Shown: positions 45,626-56,100, numbered from the stretch's first letter. The stretch is 64,000 bases of DNA from an uncultured Lachnospiraceae bacterium (GCA_964591105.1 CAZPZR010000001.1:4903-68902), one strand, 5' to 3'. Numbers and translations: made by a program. Notes: a model not told the origin generated them from the letters alone.

Positions 45626-47893
45626 ATGAGAAACAAAAGATTAAAAATGATGGCTTGGATTTTGGCTGTTGCTATGTTTATGACAGCGATTCCAGGTGGA
45701 GTTGTCTATGCGGAAGAATCTACGGCGACATCTGAGGTGAGTACGGAGGCGCAGGAAGAGATTCTGGAAGTGCAGGAGGAAATTCCGGCAGCATTGAATT
45801 ATTTGTATATCAATGAAGCAGAGCAGGAAGCAGGAGCGGAACAGAATATCGTTGTTTCCTGGGGCGATGGAACGGAAGAAATCCGTGACATTAAGCTGGA
45901 ATTGGAGAATGCTAAGGGAGAAAAACAGTCAATTAGTTCCATTTATGACGTAGACGGAGTTTTTCTTTTTAGTGATTTCTTTGAAAAAGGAGTATATCAT
46001 GTTACTAATCTTACGATTGTAACTAAGACAGCGGAAAAAACATTTTCTATGGATGAAGTAGGTGTTAATGCTTACTTTTCAGTTGGAAAAGAGTGTTCAG
46101 ATGAAAAGAAGAGTGAACATTTAGAAATGGAGAGTATAGCAACCGATGAAATCGAGACGCAAGTGGTAACAATTGATGATGAGGGTGTTGCGACAGCGCA
46201 GGACAGTATTGCAGACGCATTGGAAGAAATTAGTTCCGGTGAAGTATCTTCTCGCAGTACATCACGAGCAGTGTCAAAGGAAAAGGTAGTGGCACTGGAT
46301 CCGGGACATGACAGTAAACATGTAGGTGCTAGAGGAAATGATGTAAAGGAAGAGGTTGCGACTTTAAAAATTGCGAAATATTGCAAGGCAGAACTGGAAA
46401 CTTATGATGGTGTTACGGTGCTTATGACGCGCGACAATGCAGCATGTCCATTTCCAACATCGACAAGTAATTTAGATGATATTCGTAAACGAGTGCAATG
46501 GGCGGTAGAAAAAGGAGCAAATATATTTGTAAGTATACATTTGAATTCAGCAACTGCAACTTCAGCGAAAGGGGCAGAAGTATATTACGCAGCATCTAAC
46601 AAAAATGGAAAAGATTTGGCGCAGAAGATTCAGAATGAGTTGGTGAAAATTGGCTTATATGACAGAGGAATCAAAAGTGGTGATGTGTACACAGTGATCG
46701 ATGCTTCAAAGAAAAATGGAATTCCTGGTATCATTGTGGAACATGCATTTTTATCGAATAAGTCAGATGCAGACAAATATTTGAAAAAAGAGTCAGGCTT
46801 GAAAAAACTGGGAGTTGCAGATGCAACTGGAATTGCGACATATCTCAAACTTAAAAAGAAAAGTGCTGTGCCAATTACGGAACTGGATACGCCAGTTTTA
46901 AAATCTATCGTTCAAGACGAAGGTGCGGTTACTGTGAACTGGGGAAAAGTAACAAATGCAAGCGGTTATTATATTTATCGTAAACAGGGAGAAGAGCCTT
47001 GGGCGCAGATTGCGAAAGTTACTTCAGGAAAAACGACTTCTTACACAGATAAAACAGTTCCAGAAGGTGAGATTTACAGTTACACAGTGAAGGCATATCA
47101 TGAATCTGTGTACAGCAATTATGATGAAAATGGATTGTCGATTTTTGCATTGGATCAGCCAGTAGTTACTTCGGCAGTATATGATGGAACTTCAATTACT
47201 GTACAATGGAAATCTGTTGAAAATGCGAAAAAGTACTACATCTATCGAAAAACAAACGATGGAAAATGGTCTTGCATTGGAAATGTGGATCAGGAAACAT
47301 TTTTATATAAAGATAGTACAATGGCTGCAGGAAATCGATATTCGTATACTGTTCGAGCATTTAGCGAATCTAATTACAGCAGCTGTTGTGAAGGGAAAGA
47401 AGTAATCAGCTTCACAAAACCAAAACTTGTTTCAGCAAAATACGAGGCAGGTCAGGTGACTGTGAAATGGAAGAAAGTGACTGGTGCAGAAGGGTATCGT
47501 GTATATCGTAAGGAAGAAGGCGGAAGCTGGAAACGAATTGGCAAAGTAGCATCTGGTTCAAAAGTTACATATGCAGATAATAAAATTGAAGCTAGAAAAA
47601 AATATGTGTATATGGTACGTGCATATAAAGGCGATTGTGTGAGTGGATACGAAAAAGAAGGAGTTTCAGTTACAACACCAAAAAAACTTTATATCACATA
47701 TAAGACAAAAACCAATTTGAATTATCGTACGGGTCCGGGAAAATCTTATAAAATTGCAGGTATGCTAAAAAAGAATAAAAAGGTTCAGGTAGTATCAGGA
47801 TATTCCAAGAAAGCAAATGGAATGACTTGGTACAAAATCAAGATAAATTCAAAGTTCTACTATGTATCTTCAAAATATTTAAAAAAAGTGTAA
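45626..47893 (+). CDS. Secreted N-acetylmuramoyl-L-alanine amidase with three FN3-like repeats and a C-terminal SH3b domain
   Basis: Signal peptide. Amidase_3 core (LDPGHDSKHVGA...FVSIHLNS...GAEVYY...VEHAFLSN). Three ~85-aa repeats, each with a W.KV..A.GY.(I/V)YRK pattern. SH3b tail (YRTGPGKSYKIAG...WYKI). Confidence 0.85.
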   Translation: MRNKRLKMMAWILAVAMFMTAIPGGVVYAEESTATSEVSTEAQEEILEVQEEIPAALNYLYINEAEQEAGAEQNIVVSWGDGTEEIRDIKLELENAKGEKQSISSIYDVDGVFLFSDFFEKGVYHVTNLTIVTKTAEKTFSMDEVGVNAYFSVGKECSDEKKSEHLEMESIATDEIETQVVTIDDEGVATAQDSIADALEEISSGEVSSRSTSRAVSKEKVVALDPGHDSKHVGARGNDVKEEVATLKIAKYCKAELETYDGVTVLMTRDNAACPFPTSTSNLDDIRKRVQWAVEKGANIFVSIHLNSATATSAKGAEVYYAASNKNGKDLAQKIQNELVKIGLYDRGIKSGDVYTVIDASKKNGIPGIIVEHAFLSNKSDADKYLKKESGLKKLGVADATGIATYLKLKKKSAVPITELDTPVLKSIVQDEGAVTVNWGKVTNASGYYIYRKQGEEPWAQIAKVTSGKTTSYTDKTVPEGEIYSYTVKAYHESVYSNYDENGLSIFALDQPVVTSAVYDGTSITVQWKSVENAKKYYIYRKTNDGKWSCIGNVDQETFLYKDSTMAAGNRYSYTVRAFSESNYSSCCEGKEVISFTKPKLVSAKYEAGQVTVKWKKVTGAEGYRVYRKEEGGSWKRIGKVASGSKVTYADNKIEARKKYVYMVRAYKGDCVSGYEKEGVSVTTPKKLYITYKTKTNLNYRTGPGKSYKIAGMLKKNKKVQVVSGYSKKANGMTWYKIKINSKFYYVSSKYLKKV

Positions 47894-47977
47894 CAGAAAC
47901 GTAGGAACAAAAGGGAGAATACCAGTAAAAAATATTAGTAATAGACAAATTTGTAAAAAAACAGAAGAATAGATGCT

Positions 47978-48010
47978 AAGAAAGTCGGGAATTCAACTCC
48001 CGACTTTCTT
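47978..48010. terminator. Bidirectional terminator
   Basis: 13-bp stem aagaaagtcggga (47978-47990) pairs with tcccgactttctt (47998-48010). Confidence 0.75.
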
Positions 48011-48017
48011 GATATTG

Positions 48018-48473
48018 TTACATAATTTTATTTAAAATACATCTTGATACAAAAAGGCATACAGCAAAGGTTGCGAGAATGACCAATATAGTTTTCATTA
48101 CAATTACATTCAGTGCACCAGTAATTAGGAGTGCAATGTAGAGGATAAGAAACATTGCATACCCTGCGTATGACCAACATTTAAGGCCAATCATGCGATT
48201 TCTTTCATCAAATTCGTAAATTTCACGATTCTTTAAAGCTTCTTCATTTTTAAGCAATCGAATATTCCGAATGATTGTGATAATGCTTGCGGCAATGAGC
48301 GAACATCCAGTTCCTACATAAAATCCAGAAGAATATGCAGTATTGCCGGAAGCAAGTGGTATAAATGTTCCAACATAAAGTGAAGCACTTCCTAAAATGA
48401 CAAGCACTACACAATAAATAATACGAAATTTGATTTTCTGTTTAATACTTTTTCTTGAATTATTTGGTAACAT
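48018..48473 (-). CDS. Small membrane protein (about 4 TM helices) co-transcribed with the XRE regulator
   Basis: 151 aa counted from MLPNNSRKS (internal ATG at 48473). The longer tracked ORF overlaps the XRE gene out of frame. Confidence 0.5.
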   Translation of the reverse strand: MLPNNSRKSIKQKIKFRIIYCVVLVILGSASLYVGTFIPLASGNTAYSSGFYVGTGCSLIAASIITIIRNIRLLKNEEALKNREIYEFDERNRMIGLKCWSYAGYAMFLILYIALLITGALNVIVMKTILVILATFAVCLFVSRCILNKIM

Positions 48474-48675
48474 GTGATTCCTCCTCGTCGAATAAAAATA
48501 TTTCTTCAATGGACTTCCCAAAATAAACAGCAATCGTGTGTGCAAGCATAAGTGATGCGTTGTATTTTCCGTTTTCCAATGAAATGATTGTTTGTCTTGT
48601 GACATTAACTGCATTTGCAAGTTCTTCCTGAGAAATGCGGTGTTCTTTTCGTAATTCTTTAATTAGATTCTTCAC
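48460..48675 (-). CDS. XRE family HTH transcriptional regulator (71 aa)
   Basis: [39 protein letters not shown] is a Cro/C1-type HTH. Confidence 0.85.
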   Translation of the reverse strand: MKNLIKELRKEHRISQEELANAVNVTRQTIISLENGKYNASLMLAHTIAVYFGKSIEEIFLFDEEESHVTK

Positions 48676-48700
48676 GACTCACCTCCAAAATGTAAAATTA

Positions 48701-48761
48701 ACTTTACAATAAAAGTATAGTTTACTTTACAATAAATGTCAAGTTTATTTTACATTTATTG
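48701..48761. promoter_or_regulatory. Operator-like repeats upstream of the XRE gene
   Basis: actttacaataaa occurs twice (48701-48713 and 48724-48736). A perfect 10-bp inverted repeat, caataaatgt (48730-48739) and acatttattg (48752-48761), is also present. Confidence 0.45.
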
Positions 48762-48874
48762 CGAATGAATTGAAAGTCTATTATACTGAATACATGAGAG
48801 ATACCACGGGATATGTGTTTTGCGTGGGGGGAAGGAAGCAAGTGGGTTCCTGAGATGTAAGAAATTCCTCATAG

Positions 48875-49080
48875 AAATCCGCACCAATCCAAAAGAAAAA
48901 GAGTCCCATAGAACCCCACAAATCAAAAAATAAATTCAAAAAGATACTTATTGAGAGTGTTTATTTTCAGATGTCAGATAATGATATTGCAAAATTGCAT
49001 AATATGACTAAGGACAATGTGAGAAAAATTCGTTCTCGCGCAAAGCAAAAGCTGATTGAGAAAATGAAGGAGGAAACATA
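48875..49080 (+). pseudogene. 5'-truncated sigma-70/ECF-type sigma factor remnant (region 4 only)
   Basis: The open frame after TAG 48872-48874 reads ...KKILIESVYFQMSDNDIAKLHNMTKDNVRKIRSRAKQKLIEKM, a region 4.2 HTH. No region 2 is present. The stop lies 1 nt before the anti-sigma ATG. Confidence 0.5.
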
Positions 49081-49081
49081 G

Positions 49082-50068
49082 ATGAGTGAGTGGAATGAAA
49101 ATAAATTGGATCAAGAGCTAGAAGCGATTATGAACGATATCCCAGAATCCGACGATTTGGAAAAACGGGTGAATAAGTGTATTGACCGCAGAATCAAGAA
49201 GACAGTGGTTCGAACTGTAGGATCCATTTTGGTGATTGTGATAATTGCAATATTTATCATCAATCCAGTTATGAATATGGCATTTTTTAATCCTTATAAG
49301 ATGAATGATGGTGAGGAGCAGAAAATGCTTGGTGTCATGAGAGACTATGTAGAAACAGTTCTTCCATATCGAGAAGTTTCAAGCTTGGAAGTAGAGAAAC
49401 GAGGATTTGGAAGATATGAAATCTCTATGCAGTGGTTAGATTTGTCTCAATCTCAGGTGCAAATTGGTGAACCGAATGTATGGGTAGAGATGAACTGGGG
49501 AACATACGAATCTGTGAAGGATGCAGATTCCGCTATGACAATTAACGTCGGCAGATTCAACTGTACTTACGAGGATCAAAAGAAAATGATCAACCAAATC
49601 GAGGAACTTCCAAAGTCAGCGAGGCTATATTTGTCTATCGGTGATGCTCAGCCGAAATCAATTGAGCAATTAAGAAGTTTTCCAGTGACATTGCTCTGGA
49701 TGCAAGTCTATCAGCCGAAAGTAGAATTCCAGGGAGGATTATCCTACCAACCAATTTCCCTGTATAGTAACGATGATGATAGAGAGGAAATGTCAGGACA
49801 AGAGCTCTTGGAAGTATATTTTGAAAACTTGAAAAACATGATAGATCATCCAGAAGTATGGAAAGGAATTGGAGTTTTTAACAGTGGAGACGGCAAGATT
49901 TATACAGAACCGGAAACAGTTTTAAAGGAAACTTATGAAGATGCAATGAAATTAACGGAGCTGAAAAGCAAGAACTATTGTGTTGTTGGTAATCGAGATG
50001 AGATTCTTGAGTTTTTACGTGAAAATACTTGTGATTCCATCAGCGTAGAGAATGTTACACTCTGGTAA
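49082..50068 (+). CDS. Anti-sigma factor-like membrane protein (single TM, sigma-regulator N- and C-terminal domains)
   Basis: 328-aa ORF with a short cytoplasmic N-terminus, one TM helix (VGSILVIVIIAIFIINPV) and a large extracytoplasmic domain. It sits immediately after a sigma gene remnant. Confidence 0.55.
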   Translation: MSEWNENKLDQELEAIMNDIPESDDLEKRVNKCIDRRIKKTVVRTVGSILVIVIIAIFIINPVMNMAFFNPYKMNDGEEQKMLGVMRDYVETVLPYREVSSLEVEKRGFGRYEISMQWLDLSQSQVQIGEPNVWVEMNWGTYESVKDADSAMTINVGRFNCTYEDQKKMINQIEELPKSARLYLSIGDAQPKSIEQLRSFPVTLLWMQVYQPKVEFQGGLSYQPISLYSNDDDREEMSGQELLEVYFENLKNMIDHPEVWKGIGVFNSGDGKIYTEPETVLKETYEDAMKLTELKSKNYCVVGNRDEILEFLRENTCDSISVENVTLW

Positions 50069-50094
50069 GAAAATTTACATTGTTCGGTGGATGT

Positions 50095-50554
50095 CACCTT
50101 TTCGACCACCAAGGATATTTTTGCCTTTCAAATCTTCCCATTTGAAATCCGGCATTTTCTCGCGTGCGACAAGGAAATTTCCAGCACGTTGCGTCAGTTG
50201 TGCAAAATTAATGACAAAATCATTGGCGCCTTCGTTGTAAGTGTAGATGGAAGACTCAGAGCCCATAAAACCGATGTTGGCACTGTCGGAAAGAACAGCA
50301 GTCATTGTTTTGTCTGCACCGAAGCCGGTGACAAGAGTAAGGGCAATCCCTTCCTCTTCGAAATACCCATTTTCAATGGCGACGTACATTGGGGCATAGA
50401 AGATAGAATGTGCCACTTCATTTAATGTGACCGCAGTAAGAGCATCTTCGGATGTGTGAGAAACAGTGGCAGTTTCCTGCTTTGCGCTGCATCCACTCAG
50501 GATGGACAGGATCAGAAGCAGTACAAGAAATACAGAACAGATACGTTTTTTCAT
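50095..50554 (-). pseudogene. 5' part of the split NMT1/THI5-like substrate-binding lipoprotein gene (N-terminal 153 codons)
   Basis: Signal peptide with lipobox LSGC, then VTLNEVAHSIFYAPMYVAIENGYFEEEG...NILGGRKG. Six element-encoded codons and a stop follow (50075-50094). Confidence 0.85.
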
Positions 50555-50696
50555 AAACGTCCTCCTTAAAATGTCTTAGCGATATAGTATATTCTGCAGA
50601 AAAGAAAAGGTGCTGGTGCAAGCGTTTACTTTACTTTTTTTGTATGTTACAATTCACTGGAATGAATCTATAGGAAAGAGAATAACGGAGGACAAA

Positions 50697-52022
50697 ATGA
50701 AGGACAATTATTCAAGAAATGAAGCATCCATTGATAACATTTACACTTTGGATGGAAAAGTACCATTGGGAAAATCAGTCCCATTTGGACTACAGCATGT
50801 ACTTGCAATGTTCGTAGCAAATATTGCACCAATTATGATCGTGACAGGTGCAAGCGGACTGAGTGCGCAAGAGACAGCAGCTTTGATTCAGACAGCCATG
50901 CTTATGGCAGGAATCGGTACATTTGTACAGCTTTTCACAGTATGGAAATTGGGCGCGCGCTTGCCAATCGTAATGGGAATCAGTTTTACATTTGTTTCTA
51001 TTTTCTGTTATGTCGGACCACAGTGGGGATATGAGGCTGTGATCGGTGCGGTTATCGTAGGCGGAATTGTCGAGGGACTTCTTGGGTTCTGTGCAAAATA
51101 TTGGCGTAAGATTATTTCACCAATTGTTGCAGCATGTGTAGTTACAGCAATTGGATTCAGCTTGTTGAGTGTTGGAGCGAATTCCTTTGCTGGAGGAAGC
51201 GGAGCGGAAGATTTTGGTAGTGTAGAAAACTGGATGTTGGGTACCATTACATTAATTTGCTGTATTGCATTCAATATTCTGGCAAAAGGACATTTGAAGC
51301 AGTTGAGCGTTCTTTTTGGATTAGCAGTAGGATATGTGGTTGCAATCTGTATGGGTGTTGTTGATTTCTCAGCATTAGAAGGTGTTGGAATTGTATCTAT
51401 TCCAAAATTTATGCCTTACAAACCAGTTTTTAATCTTAGTGCGATCATTTCCGTAACGATGATTTTCCTCGTGTCTGCGACGGAGACAATTGGAGATACT
51501 TCTGCGATGACTAACACGGTACTTGGCAGAGATGCGACGGACAAAGAGATCTCTGGAAGTTTGGCGTGTGATGGACTGATCAGTTCTTTATCCGCATGTT
51601 TTGGATGTATGCCAATTACATCATTCAGTCAGAACGTAGGACTGCTTGCAATGACAAAAGTTATTAACCGTTATACAATCGCGACAGGGGCAGGAATCTT
51701 GATTCTTGCAGGAATTTTTCCAGTAGTTGGTGCGGTATTGGCGACACTTCCAGAATCAGTGCTCGGTGGATGTACGATTATGATGTTCGGAAATATCGTA
51801 ATCTCTGGGCTTCAGATGATTGGATCTTGCGGATATACACAGAGAAATATTACAATTGCTGCGTTATCATTAAGCGTAGGTCTTGGATTTACACAGGTAC
51901 CAGAGATGTTCCGTATTTTCCCAGACATTATTCGCACAATTTTTGCAGAAAACTGTGTAGCAGTTGTATTTTTAACGGCAATTATATTGAATTTGATCAT
52001 GCCAAAAGAAAAAGAAGCATAA
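50697..52022 (+). CDS. NCS2 family nucleobase (uracil/xanthine-type) permease
   Basis: Motifs FGLQHVLAMFVANIAP and ATETIGD. 441 aa counted from ATG 50697, which lies 6 nt after ggagg. Confidence 0.85.
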   Translation: MKDNYSRNEASIDNIYTLDGKVPLGKSVPFGLQHVLAMFVANIAPIMIVTGASGLSAQETAALIQTAMLMAGIGTFVQLFTVWKLGARLPIVMGISFTFVSIFCYVGPQWGYEAVIGAVIVGGIVEGLLGFCAKYWRKIISPIVAACVVTAIGFSLLSVGANSFAGGSGAEDFGSVENWMLGTITLICCIAFNILAKGHLKQLSVLFGLAVGYVVAICMGVVDFSALEGVGIVSIPKFMPYKPVFNLSAIISVTMIFLVSATETIGDTSAMTNTVLGRDATDKEISGSLACDGLISSLSACFGCMPITSFSQNVGLLAMTKVINRYTIATGAGILILAGIFPVVGAVLATLPESVLGGCTIMMFGNIVISGLQMIGSCGYTQRNITIAALSLSVGLGFTQVPEMFRIFPDIIRTIFAENCVAVVFLTAIILNLIMPKEKEA

Positions 52023-52035
52023 GAGAGGTTAGCAT

Positions 52036-53178
52036 ATGCGATTTTTCCATTTATCCGATCTTCATATTGGAAAGCAATTACATCATTACAATTTGAAAGA
52101 GGATCAGAAAGCGATATTACAGCAGGTTGTGAATTATGCCCGCGACCTGCATCCAGATGCAATTATTATTGCAGGAGACATTTATGACAAATCCGTCCCA
52201 TCGGCAGAGGCGGTTACAATTTTTGATGAATTTCTGACAGATTTAGCGGAAATCCAACCAGTGATTCCTGTGCTGATCATTAGTGGAAATCATGATTCTG
52301 CGGAGCGCATGAACTATGCGGCGGAATTTTTGGAGAAGCACAAAATTTATGTGGTTGGAAATGCACCGGGGACGAAGGATGAGTGGATAAAAAAGGTAGA
52401 GTTGGAAGATGAATGGGGAAAAGTACATGTGTATCTGCTCCCATTTTTGAAACCATCCTATGTGAAACCAATTTTTGATGAGACACCAGAATCTTATACC
52501 GATGCAGTGAAACGCTTATTGGAGCGAGAAGAAATTGATGAGTCGGCACGCAATATTCTGGTGTCTCATCAATTTTATACAGGAAATTCCACTCCAGAAA
52601 CTTGTGATTCGGAGACAATTTCTGTGGGCGGAATTGATAATGTAGATGTGAGTGTTGTGGAGCAATTCGACTACGTGGCACTGGGACATTTGCATGGAAA
52701 ACAGAGCGTGAAATCGCCCCATATTCGCTATCCTGGGACCCTGTTAAAATACTCAGTTAGTGAGACAAATCACGTGAAGACTTTGACACAAGTCACACTT
52801 GGGAAAAAGGGAGAACAACCGGAAATTAGTGAACTTACCTTATCTCCACTTCATGATGTGAAGAAGAAATGTGGAAAATTAGAAGAATTACTGGATCAGA
52901 AGGAAGTGTGTGAGGATTACGTGAGCATTACACTTACCGATGAAGTAGACCCATATCGCCCAAAGGAACAGTTGGAACGAAAGTATTCCAGAATATTGGA
53001 AATTCGAGTGGATAATACGAGAACCAGAAAGAAGCTTGCAGAATTTGAAGAAGAGATTCAGATTAAAGAGCCATTTCAGGCGTTTGAAGATTTCTATAAA
53101 GAGATGCAAGGCGAGGCGATGAGCGAGGAACAAGTGGATTATATGAAACAGATTTTTGCGCAGGCAAGGGAGGAGTAA
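52036..53178 (+). CDS. sbcD: Exonuclease SbcCD, nuclease subunit D
   Basis: Calcineurin-like phosphoesterase motifs MRFFHLSDLHIG, AGDIYD, GNHD and GHLH. Confidence 0.9.
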   Translation: MRFFHLSDLHIGKQLHHYNLKEDQKAILQQVVNYARDLHPDAIIIAGDIYDKSVPSAEAVTIFDEFLTDLAEIQPVIPVLIISGNHDSAERMNYAAEFLEKHKIYVVGNAPGTKDEWIKKVELEDEWGKVHVYLLPFLKPSYVKPIFDETPESYTDAVKRLLEREEIDESARNILVSHQFYTGNSTPETCDSETISVGGIDNVDVSVVEQFDYVALGHLHGKQSVKSPHIRYPGTLLKYSVSETNHVKTLTQVTLGKKGEQPEISELTLSPLHDVKKKCGKLEELLDQKEVCEDYVSITLTDEVDPYRPKEQLERKYSRILEIRVDNTRTRKKLAEFEEEIQIKEPFQAFEDFYKEMQGEAMSEEQVDYMKQIFAQAREE

Positions 53179-53181
53179 GGA

Positions 53182-56100
53182 ATGCGTCCAATTAAATTAA
53201 GGATGTCAGCGTTTGGTTCGTACGCAGGAAAAACAGAGATAGATTTTTCATCCATGAATCGTGGACTTTTCCTTATTACCGGGGATACTGGAGCAGGAAA
53301 AACAACAATTTTCGATGCAATGATGTATGCGCTGTATGGACAGACAAGCGGAGGAAAGCGTGATGGAAATATGATGCGCAGCCAGTATGCGTCAGAAGAT
53401 GTTGAGACGTATGTGGAACTTGCATTTTCTTACCGGGAGAAATGCTATCGCGTGCGCAGAAATCCAGAATATCAAAGGCTTGGAAAACGAAAGTATGCAG
53501 ATGGTTCCCCACGCTATGTGAAAGAAAGTCCAAAAGTGGAATTGGAACTTCCAGATGGAACGATTTTTCAAGGGAAGAAGAAAGAAACGGATCAGAAACT
53601 TGTGGAAATTCTAGGGATGGATGCAGAGCAATTTACTCAAATTGCAATGATCGCTCAAGGGGATTTCCTGAAGCTTTTGCATGCGGAATCGAAGGAACGA
53701 AAGAAAATATTTTCTAAGATTTTTCACACGAATTATTATTATCAGGTGCAGGAAATCTTGAAGAAACAGGCAGCAGAACTAGCGGTAAATCTGCAGGATA
53801 ATCTGAAAGATTTGAAACGCGAGATGGAGCGAGTGGATTACGATGGTCCGCTTCCAGTGTGGGAAGAGTGGAAAGAACTTCTTCAGGCGGAGATTCCACA
53901 GCAGGAAGCATCGATGCAGTGTGTGAATCAAATTGTGGAAGAGACAAAACTTCGTTTGCGTCAGATGGGGCAGCAGGAAGAAGAACAGCAGAAAAAGCTG
54001 TCTGAACAGAAGCAGGAAATTCAAGAAATTTTGCGAGTGAATCAGCAGTTTGAACAGTTGGAACAGATCAAATGCGAAATCGAGAAACTGAAAGAACAGG
54101 AGCCAGAATATAGAAGAAAAGAACAGCAGATTCGAGAGTGGAAAGTGGTGGAACAGTTGACACCATATTTTCACAATTATAAACAGGCGCAGTTGGAGCA
54201 GGCTCGTTCAAAAGAACGAGAAGAACAGTTGACGGTTCAGCTTCAAACATTGGAAGTGCAGACAAAGAAAGTGCAGCGCACATGTGAAGCAGCAGAAGTG
54301 TATCTGAAACAACATGAGAATGTATGGATGCAGGAAATTATAAAGATAGCGGAAATGCTGCCACGTTATACACAGTTGGAACGACTGAGGACACAGAAAA
54401 TCCAACAGGAAACGGAACTGGAAGCAGGAAGAGTGAGTCTGGAAAAAATACAGAGTCAGTTGAAGGAATTGGAAAAGAAGCAAAAGATGCTTGAGAAAGT
54501 CTGTGCGGATAAGCAAGAAAGCGAAGGTGAATGTGTAAAAGCGGAAGTCAGGTATGCGCAGGCACAGGAGCGAAAGCAACAACTGACAGAAATGGAAGAG
54601 ACGCTGCAAAGTGCGAAAACGCAAGAACTACAGTATCGCAAGAGACAAAAAGAGTTGGAACAGGCAACGAAAGCATATCGGGATGCTGCCTGGAAGTATG
54701 AGGAAACATACGAAGCATTTCTTGATGCACAAGCTGGAATTTTAGCAAAAGATCTGAAAGCTGGAATGCCTTGCCCAGTGTGCGGTTCTACCTCACATCC
54801 AAAGAAAATGCAGTTGCAGGAAGATGCTCCTGGGGAAGCTGAAGTGAGACGGAAAAAGAGTGTCCGTGACGAACAGGAAAAGCTGCGAGAAGAAAAAGCA
54901 GACGAATTCCGCAGGTGTGGGAACCGTTATGAGTCAGTAAAATCTGTTTTGCTACGTCAATTTCTGGAAGCGGCAGGACATGAAGAAACTGCGTTGGAAA
55001 AAATAGAAGAACAGTTAGTCAAATTAAAAGATGTAACAAAGCAAGAAGAACAAGAAGCTGCAGCATTGGTGCAACATTTGAAAGCAGAGGTCAAGCTTTA
55101 TCAAGAATCACTGGAACAGCAAAAGGAATTCAAAGATATGCATCAGCAATTAACCGTAAGCTTGGAGCAAGAGAAAGAAAACTGCCACAAGCAAGAGCTG
55201 GCACTGGAAGCAGTGAAGACAGAGTACCAACAAAGTCTGGAACAGGTAGAATATGACTCAGAACAAACTGCGCTTGCGGAGAAACAGGCGAGAGAACTAC
55301 AGTTGACACAGGCAAAAGATAGTGTAGAAACTGCGAGAAAGACAATGCAGCAGCATATAGAACAGAAGCAGATGCTGACAGGAAAACTGGAAGCAGAGCG
55401 TGTGAATGGAGAGAATCTGGAGCAGAAAGAAAAGGAAGCAAGAGCAGAATTTCTTACACAGTTGCATGTACGAGAACTGACAGAAGAACAATTCCATGAG
55501 AAAAAGGAAGATCAGTGGAAGCTGGAAACTTATGAAGAAGCATTGGAACTTTATCAAAAGCAGTGCCAGGAATGGAAATGGAAGTATAAAGCAATCCAAG
55601 AACAATGTGAGGGAAAAGAACGGGTAGACGTTACCTCATTTGAAGAAGCTTATGCAGCATTAGAAAAGATTGTGAAAGAACATAAGGAAACACAGATGCA
55701 ATTGTATAGCATGCATCAGAAAAATGAACTTGCCAAAGCACAGATGGAACAGATCTTTCAGCAAAATGCAAAAGTTCAGAAAAAGTACGAGATGATTTCC
55801 AACTTGAGCCGAACAGCAAATGGAACGCTGACAGGAAGTGTAAAACTAGACTTTGAAACTTACGTGCAGCGATATTATTTCAAACAGATTATTCAGGCGG
55901 CCAATAAACGTTTGGTTCAAATGACATCCAACGAATTTATTTTACAGTGCCGAGATGTGAAGCATTTGGGAAATCAAGGACAGGCAGGTTTGGACTTGGA
56001 TGTATATCATCTGGTAAGCGATACGGTGAGAGATGTGAAGACATTGTCTGGTGGGGAATCCTTTATGGCATCCTTGTCTATGGCGCTTGGATTAGCAGAT

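Larger units (their letters stand above)
38730..50099. mobile_element. Integrated ~11.4-kb element with a large serine recombinase, inserted in the SBP gene (unit 38735-50099, flanked by the CACCT core)
   Basis: The host gene is split. The pentamer CACCT lies at both junctions in the same codon phase. The recombinase gene is ~25 nt inside the left end. The element ends form an imperfect palindrome when joined. Confidence 0.85.

Noticed and set aside
38735-50099. The island as a prophage or a conjugative element.
   Set aside because: It has no terminase, portal, capsid, tail or holin genes, and no relaxase, coupling protein or T4SS genes. The amidase has a signal peptide. At most it is a decayed remnant.
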